A stretch of 64,000 bases of DNA from Lama glama (Eukaryota): NCBI GenBank assembly GCA_028534125.1, contig CM052816.1:51152001-51216000 (forward strand), read 5' to 3'. Every line of letters begins with the position of its first letter. Within the stretch, counting starts at the first letter, position 1. Positions 12,890-26,400 of this stretch are shown here, one piece after another. Under the pieces are notes generated by a model that was given only the letters and a program-made list of their open reading frames with translations, was not told where the DNA came from and searched no databases. Position numbers and translations under genes: made by a program.

Positions 12890-15310
12890 AAGTTCAGGAC
12901 TATATGAAATCAAAGATGCTGCTAGCTTTCTTGGCCTGAGAAACTGGGAGGAGAGTAGAATCATTTGTTGAAGTGAAAATGGTGATGAGAGGGGGAGTGG
13001 ATTTAGAGGAGGAAAAGTCAGTTCCATTTGGGCCATCTTAAGTTTGAGATATCATCAAACCATATCAGGTTGGCATTCTGAGATGAACTAGCCTGGAGTG
13101 CATGGAGTCTCTGAGCTGAAGTTTTGACTTTAGAGTCACTGGCATATACAAGGTATTTAAAGATGTGGAACTGGATAGAACGACTTAGAAAGAGAATGTA
13201 GACACAGAATGTCTACAAAGCCCCAAAGGCACTCCACTCTAACACTTGTAGCTCTAATACTGGATGAACTCCAGAATGGGGCTCCTGGGTCAAAGCGCAT
13301 ATGCATTTGCTGATTTTTTGAGATATTGTCAAAATGACCTCCACTGATGTTGTACCTATTTTCTTCCACTTTTCACAGTATGAAAATGCCCTTCACTCCA
13401 TACCCTTCTCAATACTATATGTTCAAACTTTTGTATCTTTGCTAACATAATAGGTTAAAAATGTCACTTCAGTGTAGTATGAATTTGGTTTACTCTTTTT
13501 ATGAGTGGTGTTAAGTATCTTTTCAAATATTTAAGATGCTTATTTGAACCTATCTGTGAACTGCCTGTTCATAATCTTTGAAGGGAAAGATAAAAGTGCC
13601 CATTCAGCAGTGGGAAGGATCCTGTGGTAGGCTGGCAGGGAGATATGATGACACAAGAGAAAAAGGGCATTACTGGAGTCACATCCTTGGGAAAGAAAAG
13701 GGCTTAGGACCCGGGGCACAAGCCAGGAGTTAGTGTTGAAAAGGGGCAAGGCCACTTTTCCCACAGTAGCAGGGTAACAGGAGTTAAGTCAGAGTGTGTG
13801 GGTACAGATGTCAGCTGGTTTGAGCACTGGTGCTGAGAAGATGAGGGGCTCCCTCCTAATTATATCTATACTCACTGTGAGGTATGAGTGGGGAAGACGA
13901 GCTGGAGCCATGAGAGGAAAAGGTATGAAATAGTGGCCCTGAGGAGCAGGAAAGTGAATTTACTAGAGGAATGGTATAGAATGACCTGGCAGTTCAGCAC
14001 ATCCTTTTGAGATTTGTGGTCAGCAATTTTAAGTTAGCCTCGGCAATGTGTTTTTGGTTTTTTTGTTGTTGTTTTGTTTTGTTTTTTATTGATTTATAAT
14101 CATTTTATAATGTTGTGTCAAATTCCAGTGTACAGCACAATTTTTCAGTTATACATGAACATAGATATATTCATTGTCACATTTTTTTCTCTGTGAGCTA
14201 CCATAAGATCTTGTATATATTTCCCTGTGCTATACAGTATAATCTTATTTATCTATTCTACAATTTTGAAATCCCAGACTATCTCTTCCCACCCCTGCCC
14301 CCTTGGCAACCACAAGTTTCTATGTCAGTGAGTCTATTTCTGTTTTGTATCTATGCTTTGTTTGTTTTTGTTTGTTTGTTTGTTTTTTAGATTCCACATA
14401 TGAGTGATCTCATATGGCATTTTTCTTTCTCTTTCTGGCTTACTTCACTTAGAATGACATTCTCCAGAAGCATCCATGTTGCTGCAAATGGCGTTATGTT
14501 GTTGGTTTTTATGGCTGAATAGTATTCCATTGTATGAATATACCACCTATTCTTTATCCAGTCATCTGTTGATGCACATTTAGGCTGTTTCCATGTCTTG
14601 GCTATTGTAAAATAATGCTGCTATGAACATTGGGGTGCAGGTGTCATCCTGAAGTAGGGTTTTTGTGATTTTTCTGCAGCGATGTTCAGTTGCTTGGATA
14701 TGGGCACAACATGAGAGAGACAGAAGATAATAAAGGGTTTGAAAGACCATGATTATTGACCTGGGCCATGGAATGTATACTGAGGATGGAGAGATGTGAG
14801 GACTCCTACATTGAGTATGGAAGATGTAGAGGTGATAACAGTAAGAAGCAAAGGAGTGAATGGACTGAAGGACTCAGTGAAGTTGGGGTACTGCTGGAGT
14901 AGGATCCATGAGTGTCTGATTGAGAGGGACTTGTAGGAAGCTGCACATGACAGCAATCAAGAGGGTAGGTGGTAGGTCAGCCCCAACCTGAAAGGAACTG
15001 GAGATTTTACACAACGATGAAGGAGTCATGAGATTAAAATGGTAGTTTGAGATATGCAGGAAAGAGAAGGATCCAGGAGAAGCTCTCTCTCCCTTGAGAG
15101 AGCCAGGATTCAGCTGGACAACAGCTGAAAGGAATGCTCAGCGGAAAGGCTGAGGATGTTGGAAGCTTTCTCCCCCATGGAAGAGGAATTCTAGAGAGTG
15201 GAGTGAAAAGTGTGGAATGGAGGGACCAGTGGGAAACAGAGTCCGGGGAGAGAAAGGACAGACGAGACTAAATGTGAGGACCCAGGAGAGGTTAGATGAG
15301 TGGAAGCACT
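12890..15310 (-). mobile_element. Degenerate L2, interrupted by an old L1 fragment (about 13245-13580) and a young L1 (14051-14662)
   Basis: Purine-rich antisense L2 motifs (agtcagttccatttgggccatcttaagtttgagat; gaatgtatactgagg) continue on both sides of the insertions. Confidence 0.65.
14051..14662 (-). mobile_element. Young lineage-specific L1 3' end (about 0.6 kb, 5'-truncated)
   Basis: T-rich tail, AATAAA on the minus strand at 14085-14090, 3' UTR and ORF2 C-terminus. Closely matches the reverse complement of 30869-31440. Confidence 0.93.
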
Positions 15311-16949
15311 TACATCATGAGCACAGAACTATCCAGAACCTATAGAATATATATAAGAAATCATAAAATCATAATACAGAATAAGATATGAGGAAATGAG
15401 GCAGTTTCCATAAATGTATACTACACAATGATCCACAGAATAGTAAATTCTTAGCAGATAATATTGCAACTGGATCCCTTTAGACTTGAGATTTTTAGAA
15501 TCCCATTGTGCATTATGGAAAGAAGCTAGTTCAGCGTTTTACAACTGGGAGCTATTGTACTGAAATTAAAACCTGGAAGTTTTCTTTATGATGATAAGCC
15601 TCCTTATCTCTACAGGAGAAATTTTAAGTTCTAATTAAACTTCTAAATTAACCTAAATGGAAGCCCAGCTCGTTTAATAGAATCTTAGAATTTCAAATTA
15701 CATGGAAACTTAGATGTCATCTAGTTCAACCAACCCATCCTAAAGGAAAAAAAAAAACTTTTTATTAACCCTTCTCTCCTCCAAACTCTCCAACTTCCTT
15801 AGCCTCTTCTCAGCATATATCCTTTAATGCTTGTCACAACTAAAATCTGACCGTCCCTGAGGACTCTGTTTCCCTTGCAGCCCTCTCAAATAAGAAGCTC
15901 AGTACCTGGAGGTAGGGCAGGTATGATCCCTCCCCACTGCCAGTTTCACACAGTCTTCCCTGGACCTTCTTCCAAAGCCCCAGTTCAAATGAGTTCCATG
16001 TCCAGCATGGTTCCCACTAGGAACTAGGCAAGCTCGAAAAAAAAATTAACAACCTCAATTTGAAAGCATGAGAGAATTACTAAAACATGGGATTGTAGGA
16101 AAAGAATCCAGAGAAGGAGGAAGCTCAGCAAAGGGAGCCTGGCGTTATTGAGCTGCCTTTTCCTTTGCAACTGCTAATTCTGAAAGTTCCGAGTCTGCTA
16201 AGGAAGAGGGGCCATGGTGAACACATGAGGATTTTGGATGAGATTTGGAAAGACTACACTTCAAAAGTAAGGGTATTGGAAACAGAGTGGCCCCTATAGC
16301 AACTGAAGTTCAGCTTTGAAACATCTCAGTCCTTAGCTGGATCAATGTGAGCAGAAATTACTAGTGCTCTAAGCTAGCTGCCTGCCTGAAGTAGAAATAA
16401 ATCCTCTCTGGAGAAAAATAACATTTCACAGAGCCTTAAATTATCTGTGTAAATTTTTTATATGCACAACATCTGGCTCCTAATAAAAAGAAGCTATTAA
16501 ATATATATAAATGAAAAGACTTGACCAAAACCCAAGAGAAAAAACAGACAATAGAAACAATCCACATGAACTAGATAAAGGAGTTAGCAGACACAGACCT
16601 CAGACCTCAGACCTCTGTTAATGTATTTAAGACAAGCTTGAGCATTTTGGTAAGGAACTGGAATTTTTTAATGAGTTAAATTAAAATACTAGACCTGAAA
16701 ATACTATAACGCAAATTTAGAACTCAGTGAAAGGCTTTTAGAGCAGATTTACATAGATGAAACTGGAAGATAGGTCAGAGGAAAAAAATCCAGAATAAAG
16801 CACAGAGAAACAAAGTGAGGGGAAAGAGCCTAACAGACATATGAGATATGGTGAGGAACATCTAAGTACCTGTAACTGGAGTCACCAAGAGATGACAGAG
16901 AGCCTGGGGTAGAAGCAATATATTTAAAGAGATAATGACCAAGAAATTT

Positions 16950-17100
16950 AAAAAAGAAAGGAAGGAAGGAAGGAAGGAAAAAAGAAAAGAAAAGAAAAGA
17001 AAAGAAAAGAAAAGAAAAGAAAAGAAAAGAAAAGAAGAGAAAAGAAAAGAAAAAGAAAAGAAAAAGAAAAGAAAGAAAGAAAGAAAGAAAGAAAGGAAAA
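16950..17100. repeat. Compound purine microsatellite (GGAA)n(GAAAA)n(GAAA)n
   Basis: About 150 nt of uninterrupted A/G, read directly. Confidence 0.95.
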
Positions 17101-18534
17101 CATCAAGCCACTAATTCAAAAGGAATTATAAATCTCAAGGAAGATACATATAAGACTATAACATATAGATATAGAATAGTTTAAAAAAAAAAGAAGTTAA
17201 TCCTGAAAGCAGCCAGAGAAAAAAGACTACCTTCATCAAAGAAGCCACAATTACACTGATAGCTGGAGAGTAGCATTTCTATTTTAAAAATGCAGCTCTT
17301 TTATTAAAAACCTTACTATGAAGAAAACTCCAGACCCAGATGGCTTTACCAATTGATTCTCCCAAACATTGAAAGAAAAAATAACATCAACATAACATAA
17401 ACTCCTCCAGAGAATAGAAAAAGAAGATCCCTTTCCAACTCATTTTATGAAGATAACATATGCTCGATATCTAAAACTGACAAGGACATTATAAGAAGGA
17501 AAAACTACAGGCCATTTTCTCTTACCAATTGGATGAAAATGTTCTAAGCAAAATATTAACAAACTAAATCCAGCAATATATTAAAAGGATAGTGTATTAA
17601 ATCCAAGTTGGATTTTTTCCCAGGATTGTAAGGTTGATTTAACATTTGAAAATCAATCAATGTAACTTACCATATTAAAAGAGTAAAAGAGAAAAATCAT
17701 TTGGTCATCTCAAAAGATGCAGATAAAGCATCTGATCAAAAAAAACCTCAACATCTCTAAAACACTGAGTAAACTAGGAATAGGAGGAAACTTAATCAGA
17801 TACAGAATACCTAAAATAAAACCTAATGCAAGCTTCACATTTTAAAATATTGAAAGTGTTCCCTCTGAAATTGGAAATAAGATATCACCACTTCTATTCA
17901 AAAACGTACTTCAGAACCTAGACAAAGCAAGAAGAACATTTAACAAAAAACATGCCAGATCTATAAACAGAATACTATAAAACAATATTAAAGGAAAAAA
18001 TTTTCAACTAAATTAACGGAGGGATATACCATATTCTTCAACAGGAAGAGTCAGTACTGTAAAAATTTCCACTCTCTTCAAATTGATTTCTAGATCCAAT
18101 TTAATTCCAAAGTCCCAGCATGATTTTGTGGAAATTGACAAGGTTATAAAATTTAAGTGGAAATTAAATGAGCTAAGAATAGCTAAGAAAAAGAAGAATG
18201 AAATTAGGCAAATTTCTCTACTGGATAACAAGACTTACTATAAACCTACAGTAATAAAGATAGTGTGGTATTGGCACAAAGACAGACAGCTGAATGGAAC
18301 AGAGAATCCAGAAACAGACCTTTGCGTGTGTGGAATTTAATACGTAATAACAAAGGTGACAGAGCAGTCTGGAAAGGACAATCTTTTTGATAAATGGTAC
18401 CATGCCAATCCAATCAGATATTCATGTGGAATAAAGAAATGAAATTTGACCCAAGCCTTATACCATAAATAAAATACAGTTCCAGTGGCTCACTGAAATA
18501 ATATAAAAGGTAAAATAATAAAGCATCTAGATAA

Positions 18535-18735
18535 TAAAGCTTTCCAATAGCACAATTAACAACAACATGTGGCTATTTAAATTTACTAAAATTAAATGAA
18601 ATTTATAATCCAGTTCCTCAGTCACACCAGCCACGTTTCCAGGGTTCAATGGCCACATTTGGCTAGTGACTAATGCATTGGACCATAGAGATACAGACAT
18701 TTACATCTTTGCAAAAAGTTCTATTGGACAGCACT
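18535..18735 (-). mobile_element. MER3-like hAT-Charlie MITE nested in L1
   Basis: acatgtggctatttaaattt...cagttcctcagtcacaccagccac...aaagttctattggacagcact matches the recalled MER3 reverse complement. Confidence 0.85.
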
Positions 18736-19669
18736 AGACATAGACCATCTTGATGACCTTGGGGTAGACAAATATCTCAAATAGGCTACAAAAAGTATAA
18801 ACCATAGAGGAAAATATTCATAAACTAGATTACATTAAAAGTAAAAACTTCTGGTTATCGAAAGATACCAGTAAGGAAATCCAAAGTCAGGCTACCATGT
18901 AGGAGAAGCTATTTGCTATAAATATATCCACCAATGAACTCATACCCAAAATATATTACAAACTCCTAAAAATAAGTAAGAAAAAGGCAAAGCAACCCAA
19001 CAGAAAAAATGGCAACAGATCTAAACAGGTACTTCATAAAAGAACGTATCAACCTCATTAATCATCAGGGAAATCAAATTTAAATTTAAACCACAATTTT
19101 AAAAAGTACAAAGAAGTATCAAAACACATCCACCAGAATGGTTAAATTTTAAAAGTCTGGCAATTTCAAACAGTAGTCAGAATATGGAGGATTTGAAATC
19201 ACTATGCTGCTGACTGGAGTTTATACTGATGCAATAGTTTTAGAAAACTGTTTGGTATTACCTACTAAAGTTGAACGTATTCATATCCTATGATCCAGCA
19301 ATTTTATTCTTGGTACATACCCAAGAAAAATGCATATGTATATGCATCAAAAGACATGATCATAGTTAAAAGTTGAGGGGGGGCACCCATATGTCCATCA
19401 ATAATAAAAAGATAAATACTTTATATGTGGTATAGTCTACAATGAAATACTATACAACACAGCAATAAAAATTAATAAACTTCTGCTATATTCAACACCA
19501 TGGATGAATCTCACAAAGATAATATTGTGCTTAAGTAACCAGAATGAAAAGAATACAAGACATAGTATATGATTCCATTTATAGGAAGTTCAAATATAGG
19601 CAAAACTAATACAAGATTTGAGAAGTCAGGCAATGGTTTCATTTATGGAAAAGAGAAAGTGACTATGCA

Positions 19670-19755
19670 GCGAGGGCAATAGCTCAGTGATAGAGCGCAT
19701 GCTTAGCATGCCTGAGGTCCTAGGTTCAATCCCCAGAACCTCCATTTTAAAAAAA
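19670..19755 (+). mobile_element. tRNA-Ala(AGC)-derived SINE (camelid Vic-1-like) nested in an L1 3' UTR
   Basis: atagctcagtgatagagcgcatgcttagcatgcctgaggtcctaggttcaatccccagaacctcca followed by an A tail. A and B boxes are present, and aaagtga is repeated on both flanks (19656-19662 and 19753-19759). Confidence 0.85.
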
Positions 19756-20421
19756 GTGATTGGGAGCAGGCATGAGGTGGGGGGTTTCTGAGATTTTAGA
19801 AATGTTGTATTTCTTGATTGAATGGTGGCTATATGGGTAGAATCACCATATGATAATCAGTGATCTTAGATATATCTGATTTATATATGTTTGTGAATGT
19901 GTGTTATACTTCAACAAGAAGAGGTTTTTAAAAACTCAGCTCCATTGATGTACATGCCATTGAGTCCTAATGCCTTCTACCACCTCCTAAATTGCTGTTA
20001 TTATTTTTTTCCTTGCTGTCATACAATATTTATTGTATGGTACACATTCTTAAGAAAAATATATCGGGTCACTGAATGAAGGAAAAGCAAACCAGTTAAA
20101 TGTCTAAGGTACCAGAGATATTCATGTCAGAAGAACTTATAGAAGGACAGACAAAAATAGCAAGAACTTAGCCAGAAAAGGAAGTTTCAAGAGGATATAA
20201 ATGAATTCTGTGAAACCTTGAAGTGTAAACAAGGGCAATGCTGATTTTCTTGGCAAAATCAAGACTACAAGAGTAAGGGACAGTTCTTGCAATTTTAATT
20301 AAAATAATTTATATAGAGATAGCTCTTGGAGTTGTGTTTGTTTCTTTAAATACTCTGAGGGTGATGGAAAATGTTTGGGTTTGTTTTGTTTTAGGAGTTC
20401 TTTGGTCTTGTTTGTACATTT

Positions 20422-20730
20422 CACTTTTTATTATGGAAAAATTCGAATGTACAAAGATGTAGAGAGCATCATAGACTGAATCTCTAATAACCATTACCTA
20501 GATTAAATAATTAAAAACCTTGTACAATCTTGATTTATCTATCCCTCTACCTACTCCACACTCCCTATCTCCTCCACCTGGATTATTTTGAAGCCAATCT
20601 CAGGCATCATTTCATGTCTTCCACAAATATATCTCTAAAAGTTAATGATCACATTATCATATCCAAAATATTAACAGTGATTTCAAATATCATCAAATAC
20701 ACACAAGTACACAAAATTTCTCCAATGCTT
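20422..20730 (-). mobile_element. L1MC4/5-like 3' end
   Basis: ttttattatggaaaaattcgaatgtacaaag...ggattattttgaagccaatctcaggcatcatttcat. Confidence 0.75.
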
Positions 20731-20829
20731 CAGAATTTTTTATCATGGAAATATATTCATTCCTAAATATTTTTTCCTATATTTGTTCCCCTTTCTCATT
20801 GCTATTTTTATTGATGTAACATCAATAGA

Positions 20830-22660
20830 TGCTAAGAGTTTAGCACTTGATTCATCATCTTTCCTTACACCTCAAGCCTCACAATCATCCAAGGTGATTT
20901 TATATTCATGTGGATGACCCATGCAACACTCTGGCCTCTCTTTTGTGACTTCCTCTTTAGCTAAGTACTCCAACAGCCACACTGAAGAATTTAGAAACAC
21001 CAAGAGTCATCCCCTCCCCAAACCATTCTCAGATAAAAATTTCCCCACTTCAGATCTCTTAGAAGATCCCCAAGATTTCAGTTCTTTGACCTTATGGGAA
21101 CCTCTAGTCCACATTTTCTATGAGCCCACCTCCTCTTTTCCTTATTAGAGTTGTATTCTTTGTCACTTCAATCACTTTCTTATCAATATTCTCAACCGTC
21201 TCTCTATTTTAATACCTGGCAAAATCCCAATTCTGGCTGACTATTTTGCACTTGCATCCAGGCTGTCAAGCACTGCATGAGAAGATCATGTAACTTGGCA
21301 TACCTCAAGTGGACCCTCCATGTCTCCTCCTTGTCCTGACATATTTCTCTAGTCTACTTTTCCATCCCCCACAAAAGGAAGTCAGATCTCCATTCTTTCT
21401 AAAGCTCTGAAATCCCTCTCTGTCAGCAGATGAGTTTGCTTCCAACTTCACAGAAAATATAGAAACCATAAAATATCATTTTCTTGCCAAACTAAAAATA
21501 CATCTGAATCCATAACCATATCTTGTTCTCTATAATGTCTGTTAAAAAGGAAGAGCCATCTCTTGTCCTCTATCATCCCCACCTTTTCTGGGACTTTGCT
21601 CTCTCAATTCTCTCCCTCCTATGTCTTCCCCCTCGGTTGGCTCTTTCCTATCAGTTTTTAAAACGCACAAATCTTTTTCATCCTAAAAACAAACAAATCA
21701 ATTACAATGAAAAATAAACCCCTCCTTCTCTTCACTTCCCTCTCCAAGAATCATCCTATCTTCCTCTCCAAATTAATGAAAGAATGATTAAATCTGTGTC
21801 TACTTCCTCATCTCCCCACTCAGGCATCAAACCACAATAAACTGTTTACTCATCACAAGTACATAAATGACCTTGTCATTGCTGAACCCAATCGGCATAT
21901 TTCAGACTTCTCTTACCTGCCTTCTCTGAACACGACAAACTCACAGTGCTGAAACCCACTCCTCCCTCAGCTCCAGGGCTTCAGAATCTCTTGAGGTTCC
22001 TGCTACACTTCTGGGCACTCTTGCTTAGTTATCTTTCACAGGTAGTTTTCTACTCTTCTCTTAAGTGATGGTATCTTCAGATTCCCTCGTACACCATTTT
22101 CTCTTCTGATTTTACATATGGCTAGGCGACCTCTTCTATTCCCATGGCTTCAGTTACTATTTATTGCTGGTAATTTCCAAATCCACGTTTCTGTTCCTGA
22201 CATGTTCTCATGAGATTCAGAGACACAACACTCAGATGTCTTGTGTGCTCTCTAAACTTTTAGGATCTTGAAAGCTGAACTCAGCCCATTCTTTCCCTGT
22301 GAAAGGCACTGCCTGTCACCCAATTTCCCCAATGCTGTCAATTCCACTTCATAAAGTAAACTTTATCTCTAGAGTCATTCTTTACTTCCACACACTTCCA
22401 CCCTCATCTAAGTTATCATATTTTTCTTGGGTTACTTCCTCTTGTTCCTAACTGGTCTTCTGCCTCCAGTCCTGCTCCTTTCTAATCTTCTCTGTACTAC
22501 AGTCAGAGTAAGCTGCAGTTGTTTGTTTAAAGATTTGTCTTCTCATTAGAATATAAGATTTATGAGACTGGGGACCATGTCTATCTTGTTAAACTATCAA
22601 TTACTATAGCCTCCTGCTACATAGTAAAATTTAAGAAATTTTGTGGAAGAGATAAATAAA
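20830..22660 (+). mobile_element. Degenerate L2 (ORF2 region to 3' end)
   Basis: Pyrimidine-rich L2 motifs (catgtggatgacccatgcaacactctggcctctc; ttctattcccatggcttcagttact) and terminus tataagatttatgagactgggaccatgtc. Confidence 0.75.
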
Positions 22661-23487
22661 TTGCCATTATTGATTTAATCTAGTATAAAAACAATGTAGA
22701 AAAAAGCCCTAAAGACTTCACAGGGATGACAGGTTTGGTTTTGCTCTCCATTATACCCCAGAGTTTGGCCCACATTTGTTGAATCAATAAATAATAATAA
22801 AAACAAAATATGAGATGTTAATGTGCTTTGCAAAATGATATATAAAATGCTATACAATTGAAACATACAAAGAATAAACAGTTCCACTTCTCATTGAGAA
22901 GAGAACTAATTGTCAGTTTACAACTGCCCTCTCTACCCTAACACTGTGCTCCCTAACCCCTTCCCTGCTTTATTTTTTCCCATAGCAGTTTTCATCTTCT
23001 ATCAGACTATGCAAATTACTTATTTATCTTGTTTATTGGTGTCTCCCCAACTAGGATATAATACGTATAAGAGCAGAAACTTTTATCTGTTCTGTTATTG
23101 AATACATAATAAGTACTCAATGACTATTATTAAATTGACTGTACCTGGAACTGTGCTAGATATGATAAATATTTTACCTTATTAATATTTAAAATAACAC
23201 TCTAGTTAGATCCCTTTATCTCTATGTTAGAGATTTAAAAAAGGAGTCTCATAAAAGTTATGTCACTCTTTTAAGATATGGAAGAACTCTATAGGAGGAA
23301 ACAAAAAAGGAAGACAAACAGAAACACAAATAAGATGGAGGAAAAAATTGAAATTATCAGTCATCACAATAAAATTAAACAGATTAAACTCTTTGGTTTA
23401 AAGACAAAAATTATAGACTGAATTTTTTAAAGTACAGCAATCTGAGAAAAAAAAATATATATATAGCACTTAAACATAAGGACTCTA

Positions 23488-26400
23488 TACTTCTGGTGCC
23501 AGCCAAGATGGAGTATGCCCACTACAGCCTATCTCTCCCATTGATTAAAGCTGGAAAAAAAAAAACACCCAAAACTTAAAAAGCAACTATTCTAGGACTT
23601 TGAAAAGTTAACAGTAGTAACAGATTGGAGAGAGAAGCCAAAACTTGAAGAAGAACTTCTATGGGAATAAGTTTCCTGGCTTTCCCTCTTTTATCTCCTG
23701 GCTTTGACCCAGGACTTGCCCCACTGTGGAGCTGTGCAGAGAGTGCAGACAACAAAAACACGGGGAGAAACCCCTCTCTGGCCAGACAGCCTGGAAAAAG
23801 GGTCCCTGTGAGTTGAAGAGGGTGGGGAGGAGCCCTCTGATTTTTTTTTTCTTTCCTTCTTTTCTTCTCTCATAGTCCTGCCCCAAGGGTGGCCCTAGTC
23901 ATGGACCTGCAATACAGTAGCAGCCTAAAACTTTGAGAAAAACAAACAAAACAACAACAAAAACGTATTTCTGGCCAGAGAGGAACTGGGAAAAAGAGAC
24001 ACTGTGGTCTGAATACTGTGGGGGAATATCTGTGGGTTGTTTTTCTTTTTCTTTTTCTTCTTCTCTTTTCTTCTGCTGCTTTGTTTCAAGGATAGTCCCA
24101 GTCATATGAAACTACATGCAGAGCAAGAAGTTTAAAACTCCAAGAGAAAAATCCTCCCTTTCAAGCCAGCAGACCAGGAAAAAGGGCTTCTAGGGTCCAG
24201 AGAATGTGGGAGACATCACAGAAAGCTGGAGAAATGGATCCCCTAATTCTAACACAAACAAAATGCCAAGTCCCAGGCTCACTCCCAAGCAATGCATGCC
24301 CAGGACAGAGTCAGTCTGAAGAAGAGACAAAAAAAGATAAAGAAAAAATAAATGAACCTTTGGAAATATGAAAAGATCCAAGACTATTCATGTCTCCAGG
24401 AAAATATCAAGAAAAAAATACTCACAATATATAGATTAATATCTTTCATTAAAATGAACATAAAAATCCTGAACAAATGTTAGCAAAGCAGAGTTAAAAA
24501 TATATGAAAAGTATAATATATCATGACCAAGTGGAATTTATCACTGTAATGCAAACCTGGTCCAATATTCAAAAATTAATCAATATAACTCTCAATAATA
24601 ACGGACTAAAGAAGAACAATCATATAATCATATACACAGATGCAAAAAAAAAGCATTTGACAAAACTGAACACTCATTCACGATTACAGAAAAAAAACCT
24701 CATCAAGCTAGCAAAAGAGGGAATTTCCATAAATAGCATCTAAAAAAGGCATTTACAGCTAATATTATATTGAACATAAAATATAAATCATTCTATTTAA
24801 CAGAGACATACTGAATGCTTTTTCTTCCAAGATCAGGAAAAAAGCAAAGACATTGGCTCTTGTTTTAATCAGAGTTCTCCAGAAAAATGGAACCAAGAGG
24901 GTGTATGTGTGTGTGTGTGTGTGTAAGTTAGTTAGATAGATAGATATAAAGACAGCAAGATTTATTTTAAGAAATTGGGTCACATGATTGTGGAGACTTT
25001 GGCAAGTCCAAAATCTGTAGGTTATGCCAGCAGCCTGGAGACTCATGGAAGAGTTCCATTTAAGGTTCAAAAGCCGTCTGCTGGCAGAATTTCTTCCTGC
25101 TTGGGGAAGTCATTCTTTTTCTTTTAAATCCTTCAACTGACCGAATGTGGCCCACCCAATTTTGAAGGTAATTTGCTTTATTCAGTCTACTGATTTGACT
25201 GTTAATCTCATCTAAAAAATACTTTCACAGAAACATCTAGAATAATATTTGATCATGGGTACCATGGCCTAGCCAAGTTGACATATAAAATTAAACATCA
25301 CAGTGCTCATCAATTCTACTCAATACTGTCCTAGCCAGTGCAGTATGGTAAGAGAAAGGAGAAAAAGGCATACAGGTTATAAAGGAAGAAATAAAACTAT
25401 CTTTTTCACAGATGACACAATTATCAATATAGAGAATCTGCTCCCTGCCCCAAATTACAATAAAGCCCCTAGAACTAACAAATGAATTTAGCAAGGTCTT
25501 AAGATACATGGCCAATATATAAAAATTAATTGTATTTCTATATAATAGCAATGGACAATGGAATTTGAAATCTAAAAAATACTAATTACAATAGCATCAA
25601 AACCTGAAATATTTAGGTAAAAATATAAGAAAATATATATAAGATCAGTGTGCTTAAAACTATAAAACACTGATGAAAGAAAGCAAAGAAACCATACAAA
25701 AATGGAGGGTTATACTTTTTCACATATTAAAAGGCTAATTATTATTAAGATATCAATTCTCTCCAAATTGATCTCTAGATTTAATACAATATCAATTAAA
25801 ATTCCAATTTTTGTGGATATTGACAAACTGATTCTAAAATTTGTATGGAAAGGCCAAGGAACAGCTGACACAATTTTGAAAAAGAAGAACAAGGTTGAAA
25901 GACTTACACTTTGATTTCAAGACTTAATATAAAGCTACAATAAGCATGACAGTGTGGTATTAGTGAAAGGCTAGAAAAATAGATCAATGCAACAGAAAAG
26001 AAAGTCTAAAAATAGATCCACTAATATATGGTCAATCGATTTTTGACAAAGGTATAAGGCAACTCCATCAAAAAAGAATAGTGCTTTCAACAAATCATGC
26101 TGGGCCAATTGGACATCTGTATGTAGAAAAATAAAATAAACTTGAACCCACACCTCACACCTTACACAAAAATTAACTCAAAATGGATAATAGACATAAG
26201 TATAAAAAAAAAACCATAAAATGTCTATAAAAATACCATTGTAACCTTGAGCTAGGCAAAGAATTATCTAATACAACTCAAAGTACAGTACATTAAAAAT
26301 TTTTTTGATAAAATATTTCATAAAGAATAAAAAGAGAAATTACACACTGGGAGTAAGTATTGTACATCACACATTTGGTAAAGGACTTGTATCTAGAATA

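Larger units (their letters stand above)
16000..19932 (+). mobile_element. Ancient L1 (L1M type) with 5' region, ORF1 and ORF2 relics, several deletions and a 3' UTR
   Basis: ORF2 relics (aaaactccagacccagatggctttacc; YYKPTVIKIVWYWHKDRQ) and 3' end gtgttatacttcaacaag. Flanked on both sides by plus-strand L2-like sequence. Confidence 0.88.

Noticed and set aside
19672..19744. Functional tRNA-Ala gene
   Set aside because: The acceptor stem does not pair properly and the D-loop GG is mutated. An A tail, flanking direct repeat and position inside an L1 indicate a SINE.
23660..24220. Repeat-spacer pattern as a CRISPR-like array
   Set aside because: Units are about 200 bp, highly degenerate and lie in a mammalian L1 5' UTR. 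No cas genes are present.
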